Below, in pieces: positions 53,386-61,516 of a stretch of DNA of 64,000 nucleotides; the first letter of the stretch is position 1; every line of letters begins with the position of its first letter. Source of the DNA: an uncultured Burkholderiales bacterium (GTDB lineage: Bacteria; Pseudomonadota; Gammaproteobacteria; Burkholderiales; Burkholderiaceae_C); NCBI GenBank assembly GCA_903905475.1, contig CAIVGK010000009.1:538-64537 (forward strand), given 5' to 3'. Made by a program: the position numbers and the translations under genes. Below the pieces are notes generated by a model. The model ran no database searches and was not told the origin of the DNA. It saw only the letters and a program-made list of their open reading frames with translations.

Positions 53386-53909
53386 TTTCTGCACGACACA
53401 TGTTTTCGAACATCCGTGCAGACTTGGCCGCTCACCGGGGCGACTGGGGCGCGCAAGGGTTCTGGGCACTTGTGGTCTATCGCTTCGGCCGGTGGCGGTG
53501 TGGCCTGAAAGTCACCGTGGTGCGCAAGGCCCTCTCGCCGCTGTACCGGTTGGCCTTCAAGTTCGTCCAGATCGTCACAGGCATCGAGTTGCCCTGCGAA
53601 GTCGATATCGGACGCAACTTCGTCATCGATCACTCGGGCGGGATCGTCATCAGCGGGTATGCGAAGTTCGGTGACAACTGTCGCATCCGCAACGGCGTGG
53701 TGGTGGGCCTGAGTCGTGTCGATGACCCTTGCGCACCAGTCATCGGCAACAACGTCGATATTGGTGCCGGCGCGAAGTTGCTGGGCCGCATCAGCATTGG
53801 TGACAACTGCCTGATCGGAGCCAACGCCGTCGTCATTCGCGACGTGCCAGCAGACTCGATCGCCGTGGGCGTTCCTGCCGTCATCAAGCCCCGAAGCGCA
53901 ACGAGATGA
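53382..53909 (+). CDS. Hexapeptide-repeat O-acetyltransferase (serine acetyltransferase-like)
   Basis: Left-handed beta-helix repeats are present (IGRNFVIDHSGGIVISGYAKFGDNCRIRNGVVVG...IGNNVDIGAGAKLLGRISIGDNCLIGANAVV). It has an ATGA overlap with the upstream GT2. Confidence 0.8.
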   Translation: MISARHMFSNIRADLAAHRGDWGAQGFWALVVYRFGRWRCGLKVTVVRKALSPLYRLAFKFVQIVTGIELPCEVDIGRNFVIDHSGGIVISGYAKFGDNCRIRNGVVVGLSRVDDPCAPVIGNNVDIGAGAKLLGRISIGDNCLIGANAVVIRDVPADSIAVGVPAVIKPRSATR

Positions 53910-54901
53910 GCGTTGACCCTCCGATTGACGATGTCGCCCTGGTTGCCATCGGCCGCAACGAAGGCGACCGGCTGAGACGGTGCCTTGAATCCTCGGTGGG
54001 CCGAGTGTCTCGTGTGGTCTATGTCGATTCAGGTTCCACCGATGGATCGGCCGAACTCGCCGCTCGGATGGGCGCTGAGGTCGCGGCCCTCGACACCGCT
54101 TTGCCGTTCACCGCCGCTCGGGCGCGCAATGAAGGTGCCCGCAGGGCACTGCGTGGCCGATCGGGGACACGTTATCTGCAGTTCGTCGATGGAGACTGCG
54201 AAGTCGCCCCCAAGTGGCTCGGTCAGGCCAAGTCATTTCTGGATGCGCATCCAGCGGTCGTGGCGGTATGCGGGCGCCGCCGCGAGCGCTTCCCCGATCA
54301 ATCGATCTACAACCGCCTGTGCGATACCGAGTGGGACACGCCGGTCGGCTCGACGCGAGCCTTTGGTGGCGATGTCATGGTTCGAGTCGACGCGTTCAAT
54401 GCGGCCGGTGGATATCGTGATGAATTGATCGCGGGCGAAGACCCGGAACTCGCCATTCGACTTCGACAGGCCGGTGGTCAGTTGTGGCGTTTGGACATCG
54501 AGATGACCTTGCACGATGCCGCGATGACCCGATTCAGTCAGTGGTGGAAGCGCTCTGTGCGCGCGGGCTACGCGTTCGCCTTGGGCGCCTTCATTCATGG
54601 CGCCCCACCGGAGAGGCACTGGGTTCGAGAGTCCCGTCGCGCTTGGCTGTGGGGGCTCCTGATACCGCTCATGGGTGCGGCCGGACCTCTTTCGGGGCAT
54701 CCAATGCTCGCCGGGGTGGTGGCATTGCTCTATCTGCTGCAGTGGAGTCGACTTTTTGTCTCAACTGAAGGGACGTTATTTGTCAAATTGGCGCGCTCGA
54801 CATTCCTCGTTCTTGGAAAGTTTGCGGAGGCTGTAGGGCAAGTCAAGTTTTGTTGGCACCGCATGGCCGGGGTTCAAGCCAGGTTGATCGAGTACAGGTA
54901 A
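53906..54901 (+). CDS. Glycosyltransferase family 2 (GT-A) with C-terminal membrane segment
   Basis: Contains VALVAIGRNEGDRL, VDSGSTDGS, FVDGDC and AGEDPEL. It overlaps the acetyltransferase stop by 4 nt. Confidence 0.75.
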   Translation: MSVDPPIDDVALVAIGRNEGDRLRRCLESSVGRVSRVVYVDSGSTDGSAELAARMGAEVAALDTALPFTAARARNEGARRALRGRSGTRYLQFVDGDCEVAPKWLGQAKSFLDAHPAVVAVCGRRRERFPDQSIYNRLCDTEWDTPVGSTRAFGGDVMVRVDAFNAAGGYRDELIAGEDPELAIRLRQAGGQLWRLDIEMTLHDAAMTRFSQWWKRSVRAGYAFALGAFIHGAPPERHWVRESRRAWLWGLLIPLMGAAGPLSGHPMLAGVVALLYLLQWSRLFVSTEGTLFVKLARSTFLVLGKFAEAVGQVKFCWHRMAGVQARLIEYR

Positions 54902-54909
54902 TTTTTTGT

Positions 54910-56169
54910 ATGACCCGTCCCGCCATTGCTTATTTGGTCAACCAATACCCGAAGGTCAGCCACAGTTTCATTCGGCGGGAGATCCTGGCGCTTGAGCGGC
55001 TGGGCTTCGTCGTTCACCGCTGGGCCTCTCGTGGATGGGATGCCGATTGTCCTGACCCCGCTGACTTGGCTGAGCAGCGCCGTACACGCTATTTGCTGGC
55101 TGCGAGTCCTTTGAGTTTGTTGGCTGCGTTGCTGCGCACGCTTTTGACGAACCCGAAAGCGTTCATTGCCTCTGTCAGGCTGGCATGGCAGTGCAGCCGA
55201 GGCAGTGAGCGCCCATGGCCGGTTCATCTCGCTTATTTGGCACAGGCTTGTGTTGCCTGGAAATGGGCTCGCGAGGTCGGCGTGACTCACGTGCACGCAC
55301 ACTTTGGCACCAACCCCGCCGAGGTGGCCATGCTGTTATCTGCGCTTGGCGGCCCGCCATTCAGCTTCACGGTTCATGGCCCTGAGGAGTTCGACAAACC
55401 CAAGTCGTTGCACCTGCAGCGCAAGATCCAGCACTCGGCCTTCGTCGTGGCGATCAGTTCTTACGGTCGCAGCCAGCTTTACCGTTGGGCTGCGCTCGCC
55501 GATTGGCCCAAAGTGCAGGCCGTGCATTGCGGCATTGATGCCCAGTTCACCGACCGGGTGCCGCAGCCGATAAAGCCTTGGGCTCGGCTTGTGTGCGTCG
55601 GCCGACTTTGCGAGCAGAAGGGGCAGTCGCTGCTGATTCACGCGATGCAACTGCTGCTGAAGCAGGGGGTCGCCTTCGAATTGGTCCTGGCCGGCGATGG
55701 CGAGATGCGGATCGAGATCGAGGCGCTGATCCGGGCGTGCAGCTTGACCGAAAGGGTGCGCATCACCGGCTGGATCAGCGGTGAGCAGGTATCGCATGAG
55801 CTGGAGGCCGCCCGCGCCCTGGTGCTCCCCAGTTTTGCCGAGGGGCTGCCGGTGGTCATCATGGAGGCCATGGCGCTTGGCCGGCCGGTCATCAGTACCT
55901 TTGTGGCCGGAATTCCAGAGTTGGTGCGGCCCGGGGAAAACGGTTGGCTGGTTCCGGCTGGCGATATCGAGGCGCTCGCAGACGCGATGCGCGCTTGCCT
56001 CCAAGCCCCCCCGGATCAACTGAATGCCATGGGTGCAGCCGGACGCGAGCGTGTTCTGCAACGGCATGGCGCCGATGTCGAGGCGGCCAAGTTGGCCGCG
56101 TGCTTTCAGCAATCGGCCTCTTCGGCCGATATGCCTGCCATGCCTTGCACGCCCGGAAAACCAGGATGA
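54910..56169 (+). CDS. Glycosyltransferase family 4 (WcaL-like)
   Basis: Contains IAYLVNQYPKVSHSFIRREI. The GT-B C-terminal motif is LPSFAEGLPVVIMEAMALGRPVIST. Confidence 0.8.
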   Translation: MTRPAIAYLVNQYPKVSHSFIRREILALERLGFVVHRWASRGWDADCPDPADLAEQRRTRYLLAASPLSLLAALLRTLLTNPKAFIASVRLAWQCSRGSERPWPVHLAYLAQACVAWKWAREVGVTHVHAHFGTNPAEVAMLLSALGGPPFSFTVHGPEEFDKPKSLHLQRKIQHSAFVVAISSYGRSQLYRWAALADWPKVQAVHCGIDAQFTDRVPQPIKPWARLVCVGRLCEQKGQSLLIHAMQLLLKQGVAFELVLAGDGEMRIEIEALIRACSLTERVRITGWISGEQVSHELEAARALVLPSFAEGLPVVIMEAMALGRPVISTFVAGIPELVRPGENGWLVPAGDIEALADAMRACLQAPPDQLNAMGAAGRERVLQRHGADVEAAKLAACFQQSASSADMPAMPCTPGKPG

Positions 56170-57404
56170 ACAGCGAACTGCCGACGGTATTGGGTGCCGT
56201 CGTGAGCCTGCTGTTTGGTGTCCTGTGGGTTCCGGTAGCAGTGTTTGCTCTTCAAGTATTCGCGGCGAGGCCACATCAGTCCAAGCAGGGGGGATCCCCC
56301 TCGGCAAATGGCGTGAGCCTCGATGACTCTGAATCCAGGCCGCGCCCGCGGCTTGCCGTGCTGGTACCCGCACACAACGAGGCGGTCGGTATCGCCGCGA
56401 CCTTGATCGACGTGATCTCGCAGCTGAACGCGGGCGACCGATTGCTGGTGGTGGCCGATAACTGCAGCGACGCTACGGCTGATGTGGCGCGGCGCTGCGG
56501 CGCAGAAGTGATCGAGCGTGAGCACGACACCTCGCGCGGGAAAGGCCACGCACTTGATTTCGGTTTGCGGCATCTGGCTGCGGAGCCACCCGAGGTGCTG
56601 ATCGTTGTCGATGCCGACTGCTCCTTGGACGTCGGCGCCTTGCAGCGCTTGGCGGCGGCATGCGCCAGAAGTCAGCGTCCGGTTCAGGGCAGGTACCTGA
56701 TGCACGCTCCGGTGAATGCTCCGCTGCGCCTTCGCGTGGCCGCTTTCGCCTGGCGGGTCAAGAACTGGGTACGTCCGTTGGGAGCATCCCGCTTCGGGAT
56801 GCCCTGCCCGTTGATGGGTACGGGCATGGCCTTCCCCTGGGTATTGATCAGCGGCGCGTCGCTTGCTACAGCTCATCTGGTGGAGGACATGAAGCTTGGC
56901 CTCGAGCTGGCCCTTGCGGGGGCGCCCCCACTGTTTGTGTCTGACGCGAGGGTGAACAGCGTTTTTCCGCTGGCTCGCGAAGCCGCTCAGGCGCAACGAG
57001 CCCGCTGGGAACACGGGCACCTCTCGATGCTGCTCAGCGAGGGTCCGAGTCTCCTTGCCCGGGCTCTGGTGACTCGGGATCGGCGTCTGGCGGCCATGGC
57101 GCTTGATCTGATGGTGCCGCCGGTGACGCTGTTGTTGGGTGCGGTGCTGCTGACGGTGGTCATCGGTGCGGCCTTGCTCCCTGTGGCCTCGGCGCTGCCG
57201 GCCTGGATTGCCAGCGCTTGCCTGACGCTGATGCTGGCCGCTCTGGTGAGGGCTTGGTGGCTGGTCGGGCGTGACTTGTTGTCGGTGAGCGATCTGCTCC
57301 GTGCGCCGGCCCACGCCCTGCTTAAATTCCCGCTCTACTTGAAGTTCATCACCAACCGCCAAAAGGATTGGGTGCGAACCGAACGACATGACGACAAGCC
57401 CTGA
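56166..57404 (+). CDS. Membrane-embedded GT2 with synthase-type D,DxD,ED,QxxRW signature
   Basis: An N-terminal TM segment is present. Motifs are VVADNCSD, VVDADC, GTGMAF, VEDMKL and QRARW (56994-57008). C-terminal TM helices follow. It has an ATGA overlap with the GT4 gene. Confidence 0.8.
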   Translation: MNSELPTVLGAVVSLLFGVLWVPVAVFALQVFAARPHQSKQGGSPSANGVSLDDSESRPRPRLAVLVPAHNEAVGIAATLIDVISQLNAGDRLLVVADNCSDATADVARRCGAEVIEREHDTSRGKGHALDFGLRHLAAEPPEVLIVVDADCSLDVGALQRLAAACARSQRPVQGRYLMHAPVNAPLRLRVAAFAWRVKNWVRPLGASRFGMPCPLMGTGMAFPWVLISGASLATAHLVEDMKLGLELALAGAPPLFVSDARVNSVFPLAREAAQAQRARWEHGHLSMLLSEGPSLLARALVTRDRRLAAMALDLMVPPVTLLLGAVLLTVVIGAALLPVASALPAWIASACLTLMLAALVRAWWLVGRDLLSVSDLLRAPAHALLKFPLYLKFITNRQKDWVRTERHDDKP

Positions 57405-58515
57405 CCTCGATCCGGCTGCGTCCTTGCGGTCCACCCACGAAGCCAGTGGACATTCCGTCGACTTCGGCCGCAACCTGTGTGTGGTGCTGGGGCTGCCGTT
57501 TGATGCGATCGATCTGGACACGGCTGTCGCCCGCATTCGGGCCGCCGTGGCGTCTCGCACCCGGCTGTTCATCTCGACACCCAACACCAACTTTGTCGTC
57601 GCGGCCATGCGTGACAGAGCATTTCGAGACTCTGTCTTTCACAGTGACATGAGTCTCATGGACGGGAAACCCTTGGTATGGGCAGCCAGACTGATGGGTA
57701 TTCCCGTGCCCGAGCGGGTGAGCGGGGCAGACGTATTTGAAGCCTTGGGTCGACCAGGATCGGCCCCGATGTCTATCTATCTGTTTGGCGGACAACCAGG
57801 TATCGCCGCCAGAGCGGCGGCGAACATCAACGACGCTCATGGACCCTTGAGCTGCGTCGGGTTCGACGACGCTGGCTTTGGACGTGTCGAAGACATGAGC
57901 GACGACGCCACCATCGATCGCATCAATGCCAGCGGAGCGGACTTCCTCGTGGTGTCGCTGGGCGCGGCCAAGGGCCAAGCCTGGATCGAACACAACCTGC
58001 CCCGGTTGCAGATCCCTGTGGTCAGCCACCTGGGTGCCGTCGTGGGTTTCGTTGCCGGCTCTGTGCAGCGCGCCCCACCATGGATGCGGCGGTCGGGGCT
58101 GGAATGGCTGTGGCGGGTGAAGGAGGAGCCGCAGCTGTGGAAAAGATATGCCTCCGACGGACTGGTGTTTCTGCGGCTACTGGCTTTTCACCTGGTCCCG
58201 GATGCCCTGATGCGACGCAATGCCGGCCAATCGAACGAATCCGCAGAGAAGGTTTGCGAGATCAGCGAGTCTGAGACCGGCATGACGATGACCTTCACTG
58301 GCACGCTGGGCAGCACTGAACGACAGGCACTCAAAGAGATGTGTCACCTGAGTGCAGGTTCAACTCGCCCGCTCACAATTGAGCTTTCAAGCGTAGCCGG
58401 AATAGACAATTCCTGTTCTGCCTCTTTGATGCTGCTTCAAGCTCATCGTAGGCGCTGTGGCCTGAGTACTATATTTTTTTCTGTGCCCGGCCATATAAAG
58501 CTTCAGGGATATTAA
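57388..58515 (+). CDS. WecB/TagA/CpsF (GT26) glycosyltransferase fused to a C-terminal STAS-like domain
   Basis: The GT26 core is VLGLPFDAIDLDTAV...TPNTNFVV...MDGKPLVWAA...LEWLWRV. The tail (residues about 288-375) is TFTGTLGSTERQALKEM...LTIELSSVAGIDNSCSASLMLL. Confidence 0.75.
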   Translation: MTTSPDLDPAASLRSTHEASGHSVDFGRNLCVVLGLPFDAIDLDTAVARIRAAVASRTRLFISTPNTNFVVAAMRDRAFRDSVFHSDMSLMDGKPLVWAARLMGIPVPERVSGADVFEALGRPGSAPMSIYLFGGQPGIAARAAANINDAHGPLSCVGFDDAGFGRVEDMSDDATIDRINASGADFLVVSLGAAKGQAWIEHNLPRLQIPVVSHLGAVVGFVAGSVQRAPPWMRRSGLEWLWRVKEEPQLWKRYASDGLVFLRLLAFHLVPDALMRRNAGQSNESAEKVCEISESETGMTMTFTGTLGSTERQALKEMCHLSAGSTRPLTIELSSVAGIDNSCSASLMLLQAHRRRCGLSTIFFSVPGHIKLQGY

Positions 58516-58516
58516 A

Positions 58517-59866
58517 TTGGTTTCCGAATCCCGTGATGTAAAAAAACCACTCCGTCAGCGCGTGATAAATGCAGGAAGCTGGGCACTCGGCGGATATGTC
58601 ATTGGACAAGTTCTGCGTTTGGCAAGCAACTTGATACTTGCCCGCCTTTTGTTCCCAGAGGCTTTCGGGATCATGGCGATCGCCAGTGCCATCTACGTCG
58701 GTGTGGTCATGCTGACTGATGTCGGAATAGGCCAGAGCATCATCGTCCACCAAGATGGAGGCGACGACCTGTTTCTTGATACGGCTTGGGTTCTTCAGAT
58801 CATGAAAGGCGCGCTCATTGCGGTGGTCCTTTCGCTCGGCTCAGGGTGGGCTGCCTATTTCTATGAGGACAACCGACTGCAGGAAATTGTTCTTATCATT
58901 GCTGCGACTGCTTTGATTGGTGGATTTAATTCCACCAAACTTCAGACGGCCCATCGAAATATGCAGGAACGCCAATATTTCTGGGTCGGGCTGGCGGCGC
59001 AGGCTGTCAGTATCATGGTGATGGTCGGATTGGCGTTTCTTGGTAAAAGCCCATCCAGTCTCGCTTGGGGGGGCTTCGCAGGCGCTATTTTTACCTGCGC
59101 AACAAGTCACTTTTATTATCCTGGTCGCCTCAACCGGCTTCGTCTTGACGGGGGTCATGCACGTCAAATCATGAGGTTCGGGGGGATAGTCCTTGTGAGT
59201 TCGACATTAACATTTGCTTGTGGAGAAGGAAGCAAGTTGTTGATGGGTTCCCTCATTGACATGAAGGCGATGGGAGTGATCAGTATCGCGACCTCATTGA
59301 GTGGTCTTTGCGTCGGTGTGTCAACAATGCTTTCTGGGAAAATATTATTCCCAGCGTATGCTGAATTACACAGGGAGGCGGATCACGGTAAGTTGTATTC
59401 TGTTGTCGGCAGGGCGAGGGTGGTGCAGATGTTTTTTATATGGGCTGCATCATTCGTTCTACTTTTGATTGCAAGGCCGCTGATTGGGGCCATGTATGAC
59501 TCAAGATATTCTGAGGCTGCCTCAATAATTGAGGTCATGGCCATTGGGAACTTCGGGGTTGCGTTGAATATATCTTATGTATTTTTAGAGGCTGCAATCA
59601 AGCGCCCTGATCTGACAGTGAGGATTGTGTTGTCTATGGCATTGAGTCTATGGATTTCGGTTTACATTGGGCACCACTTCTGGGGTGCAAGTGGGGTTAT
59701 TTATGGCCTGGCTGCCTCTGGATGGATAAGTTATCCATTGGTTTCTTCGGTGTACAGAGGGGCTGGATTCTGGTACCCCCGTTCTGATCTGTTAATAATT
59801 TCCATGTCAGCGTTGGTAATGATGATTTATCTGTGCTTCGGGCCAGGGTTGAAAGTACTGAGCTGA
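58517..59866 (+). CDS. Wzx-type oligosaccharide flippase (MOP superfamily)
   Basis: The 449-aa polytopic product contains LASNLILARLLFPEAFGIMAIA. The TTG start lies 1 nt after the upstream stop. The gene is visibly AT-richer than its neighbours. Confidence 0.75.
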   Translation: MVSESRDVKKPLRQRVINAGSWALGGYVIGQVLRLASNLILARLLFPEAFGIMAIASAIYVGVVMLTDVGIGQSIIVHQDGGDDLFLDTAWVLQIMKGALIAVVLSLGSGWAAYFYEDNRLQEIVLIIAATALIGGFNSTKLQTAHRNMQERQYFWVGLAAQAVSIMVMVGLAFLGKSPSSLAWGGFAGAIFTCATSHFYYPGRLNRLRLDGGHARQIMRFGGIVLVSSTLTFACGEGSKLLMGSLIDMKAMGVISIATSLSGLCVGVSTMLSGKILFPAYAELHREADHGKLYSVVGRARVVQMFFIWAASFVLLLIARPLIGAMYDSRYSEAASIIEVMAIGNFGVALNISYVFLEAAIKRPDLTVRIVLSMALSLWISVYIGHHFWGASGVIYGLAASGWISYPLVSSVYRGAGFWYPRSDLLIISMSALVMMIYLCFGPGLKVLS

Positions 59867-60137
59867 GGCCCTTATCTTGGATTTCCATTGGCGCCTGGTA
59901 GGTTGGTATCATCAGTGTTGACGAGGCGTTACGATGATGGAAATGAGGGCTTAAAACTGACAGAAAATAGCTTGGCGGACTGAGTGGCGAACCCATTTTT
60001 ATCCGGCGGCTCCTCGTGCCTGCTTGCCCACTTGACTTGCGCCTAATTGGGGGTACGTCAACGTCACCCGACAAGCAGGGTTTCTCTGGGGGCTTTGATG
60101 GTATTCCCCAAGATTAGCCGATTCAGCGGGGCCAGAG

Positions 60138-61508
60138 TCAAGCCATAAATCCCAAGTTTGGCTTGGGAAATCTCCCAATGTTCGGCACAACGGTCGACAA
60201 GTCCGAGTTTGTCACGCCAAACCAAGACGCGAGCGTGGCTGCATACTCATCCACAGATGTAGTGGGAATCAATCGACCCTGCCCCGCGTCATCCGGACTT
60301 CCCAGCGATACCGTAGGGAAGCGGCCGTAGATCCGATTTCCCAAGACCGCATCACCCATGATGAAGTGGTGCCCACCCCACCCGTGGTCTGAGCCTTGAC
60401 CATTGCTTTGCAGGGCCCGGCCAAAATCTGACGCCGTAAAGCTGGTGACGCTGCCAGAAACACCCAAGGCAACGGTCGCCTGATAAAACGCTGTCATGGC
60501 GTCAGAAAGGTCCTTCAACTTGGCCGCTTGTCCATTCACGAGGTCGGCATGGAAGTCATACCCTCCCATCTGAACGTAAAAAATCTGCCGTTTTTGAGCC
60601 AATCCACCTCGAGCCCCGATCAAACGAGCCACCATTTTCAACTGATAACCAATATCGGTTGCGGGGAAAGGGATGCTCAGCGATACACCAGACAGAGCGC
60701 TGGTCACCAAAGATTCAGTGGCGACGGCACGCGATGAAACTTTGTTCAACTCGCCTTCCATCAAGGTGCCGGTCCGTGGTTCTGTGATCATCCGGCGAAG
60801 AGCGGTGGCACCGGCGGCTGAGCCAAAAAGGTCATTCAAGGCTTTCACCTTGACGGCCCCATTGGTCGTGACTTGGTACTGGATCGTGCTGTTGCCGACC
60901 TGAATGGAATTATTCCCCGCCACCGACATCGCGATCGACACTCCGCTGCCCGCGTTGAATGCGCTGCTGGTCAGATCGCCAATACGTCCCATCCAACCCG
61001 TACTGGATGCCCGATCGGGCAAGCCCGTCTGCCACGCGCCTGCCTGGTCCGAGTGGGAAAACAACTGAAAGGGCAAGGTGGCGGTGCCGCTTTTGTACTG
61101 TGCCTGGGTGGTGGGCGCGCACAGGGTCCCGACATTCGCAAGCACCGCGAGCTTTCCTTGATCAAAGACCGATTTCAAGCCGCTTAGCGAGCCATGCAAC
61201 CCGAGAGTGGGTCCGGTCCAGCCCGCAGGATTTATCTGTTTGAGGCTGGACACAGGCAAGGCCAGAGAGCCTCTTCCTTTTGCGTAGAGGTCGTACTCTG
61301 ACGCCCCGATGGGGATGATGGTGTTCGACTGATCGTTGCCTCCACCGAGGTAGATACACACCAGAGCCTTGTAGTCGCTGGCTTGCTGTGCGCCGGCTGC
61401 CCCCATGGCGAGCAAGTTGGCTGCGAAGGGTGTCCCAGCCAATGCCCCCAGCTTGGACGCCTGCCGAAGGAAGTTGCGACGGCTCGATGAACTGTTGAAG
61501 TTTTTCAT
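60138..61508 (-). CDS. DUF1501 protein (Tat-exported, sulfatase/alkaline-phosphatase-like fold)
   Basis: The twin-arginine leader is SSSRRNFLRQASKLGALAG. Motifs YLGGGNDQSNTIIP and GSDHGWGGHHFIMG are present. Confidence 0.8.
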   Translation of the reverse strand: MKNFNSSSSRRNFLRQASKLGALAGTPFAANLLAMGAAGAQQASDYKALVCIYLGGGNDQSNTIIPIGASEYDLYAKGRGSLALPVSSLKQINPAGWTGPTLGLHGSLSGLKSVFDQGKLAVLANVGTLCAPTTQAQYKSGTATLPFQLFSHSDQAGAWQTGLPDRASSTGWMGRIGDLTSSAFNAGSGVSIAMSVAGNNSIQVGNSTIQYQVTTNGAVKVKALNDLFGSAAGATALRRMITEPRTGTLMEGELNKVSSRAVATESLVTSALSGVSLSIPFPATDIGYQLKMVARLIGARGGLAQKRQIFYVQMGGYDFHADLVNGQAAKLKDLSDAMTAFYQATVALGVSGSVTSFTASDFGRALQSNGQGSDHGWGGHHFIMGDAVLGNRIYGRFPTVSLGSPDDAGQGRLIPTTSVDEYAATLASWFGVTNSDLSTVVPNIGRFPKPNLGFMA

Positions 61509-61516
61509 GATGGCCC

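Noticed and set aside
45407-60053. Short sequence matches shared by the two flanks of the eps operon. These are cctaatcggggg (45407) versus cctaattggggg (60042), and ttatccggcg (45499 and 59999).
   Set aside because: The matches are only 10-12 nt and occur in opposite relative order in the two flanks. They are not adjacent to any mobility gene and are compatible with chance.
59697-60190. Small ORFs (125 aa and 63 aa, minus strand) in the AT-rich spacer between wzx and the DUF1501 gene.
   Set aside because: They overlap the 3' end of wzx or the spacer. They have no ribosome-binding site, no recognisable motif and non-coding-like composition.
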